Source of the DNA: Spirochaetota bacterium
Lineage (GTDB): Bacteria; Spirochaetota; UBA4802; UBA5550
Assembly: GCA_041749375.1 (NCBI GenBank)
Contig: JBGTBN010000050.1
Coordinates: 6,789 to 70,788 of the forward strand
DNA length: 64,000 nt
Direction of reading: 5' to 3'
In this document: positions 63,629 through 64,000 of the stretch, piece after piece
How positions within the stretch are numbered: the first letter of the stretch is position 1
Layout: the number at the start of each line of letters is the position of its first letter
Program-made: the position numbers and the translations under genes
The notes under the pieces: model-generated
Told to the model about the DNA's origin: nothing
What the model saw: only the letters and a program-made list of their open reading frames with translations
Databases searched by the model: none

Positions 63629-64000
63629 TCAGCAGACGCGGACGACCTCCTCGATGGTCGTGATGCCCTGGATGGCCTTGTCGATGCCGTCCTGCATCAG
63701 CGTCTTCATACCCTCTTCCTTGATCGCGAATTCCTTGATAAGGGGCGCCTCGCTGTGGCTCATGATCATTTTCCTCACGCCGGGCGTCAGCACCAGGAGC
63801 TCGAATATGCCGAGCCTTCCGGAATAGCCGGTCTTGAGGCATTCGTCACAGCCCTTGCCCCGGTACAGCTTGCCGCCCTTGAGGTGCGACGGCTTGATGC
63901 CCAGTTCGGAGAGGAACTTCGGCGAGGGCTTGTACGCCTCCTTGCAGGAGGGGCATATCTTGCGGATCAGCCGCTGGGCCAGGTACGCATTGACGGAGGA
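63629..64000 (-). CDS. gspE: Type II secretion ATPase, C-terminal part only (5' end outside the window)
   Basis: Reverse translation gives ...AQRLIRKICPSCKEAYKPSP...GKGCDECLKTGYSGRLGIFELLVLTPGVRKMI...TIEEVVRVC*, with the tetracysteine CxxC...CxxC motif of GspE/PilB ATPases. The stop is at 63629..63631. The listed track ORF 63588..63842 is in a different frame. Confidence 0.9.
   Translation of the reverse strand, partial: SSVNAYLAQRLIRKICPSCKEAYKPSPKFLSELGIKPSHLKGGKLYRGKGCDECLKTGYSGRLGIFELLVLTPGVRKMIMSHSEAPLIKEFAIKEEGMKTLMQDGIDKAIQGITTIEEVVRVC

Noticed and set aside
1-64000. tRNA, rRNA, tmRNA, RNase P, integrase, transposase or toxin-antitoxin genes
   Set aside because: I inspected every intergenic gap of 75 nt or more by eye. 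I found no cloverleaf-compatible sequence, no rRNA-like conservation and no recombinase motifs. A tRNAscan-SE/Infernal run would be the definitive check.

Overview
This is a chromosomal segment from a GC-rich, diderm, apparently anaerobic or aerotolerant bacterium; I cannot assign taxonomy from the sequence. I saw no rRNA, tRNA, CRISPR array, integrase or transposase.

Gene content from left to right:
- 1-8.3 kb: a partial SDR epimerase, a multi-TM methyl-accepting chemotaxis protein, a Tat-exported amidohydrolase, cysK-cysE, and a CoA-disulfide-reductase/NADH-oxidase-like flavoprotein.
- 8.4-17.8 kb: a dense oxygen/ROS-defence neighbourhood. It holds a UGA-recoded HesB/IscA-like selenoprotein that the ORF track misses, then rubrerythrin, ferritin, desulfoferrodoxin, cytochrome bd (cydAB), a 54-aa rubredoxin also missing from the track, a PerR-like regulator, a flavodiiron protein, a pentaheme cytochrome c lipoprotein, an Ogg-type 8-oxoG glycosylase and a second rubrerythrin-like protein.
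- 18-26 kb: a PAS/HD-GYP protein, pepA, RNase R, a FabK-like enzyme and an acyl-CoA dehydrogenase.
- 26-40 kb: an envelope- and lipoprotein-rich stretch with many unknowns. These include tandem paralogous OMP-like genes, a LysM-M23 peptidase, a TPR protein, a small membrane protein paired with a ParB-N-only protein, a four-repeat PPC lipoprotein and a DUF4015-like hydrolase.
- 40-53.5 kb: dnaG-rpoD, a GpsA fused to a GPAT-like domain that lacks the catalytic His, and an aroE-folC / hypothetical / LOG-like / FGGY-kinase / S1P-lyase-like gene string.
- 53.6-54.1 kb: a decayed DUF559 endonuclease cassette bracketed by GC-hairpin inverted repeats.
- 54.1-64 kb: an IspH fused to a polytopic UbiA-like membrane domain, followed by a type II secretion cluster gspE(partial)FGHIJKLMN.

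I found no recognisable defence or mobile system. The most unusual items are the selenoprotein, the IspH-membrane fusion, the GpsA/dead-GPAT fusion, the ParB-N/membrane pair and the kinase-lyase operon.
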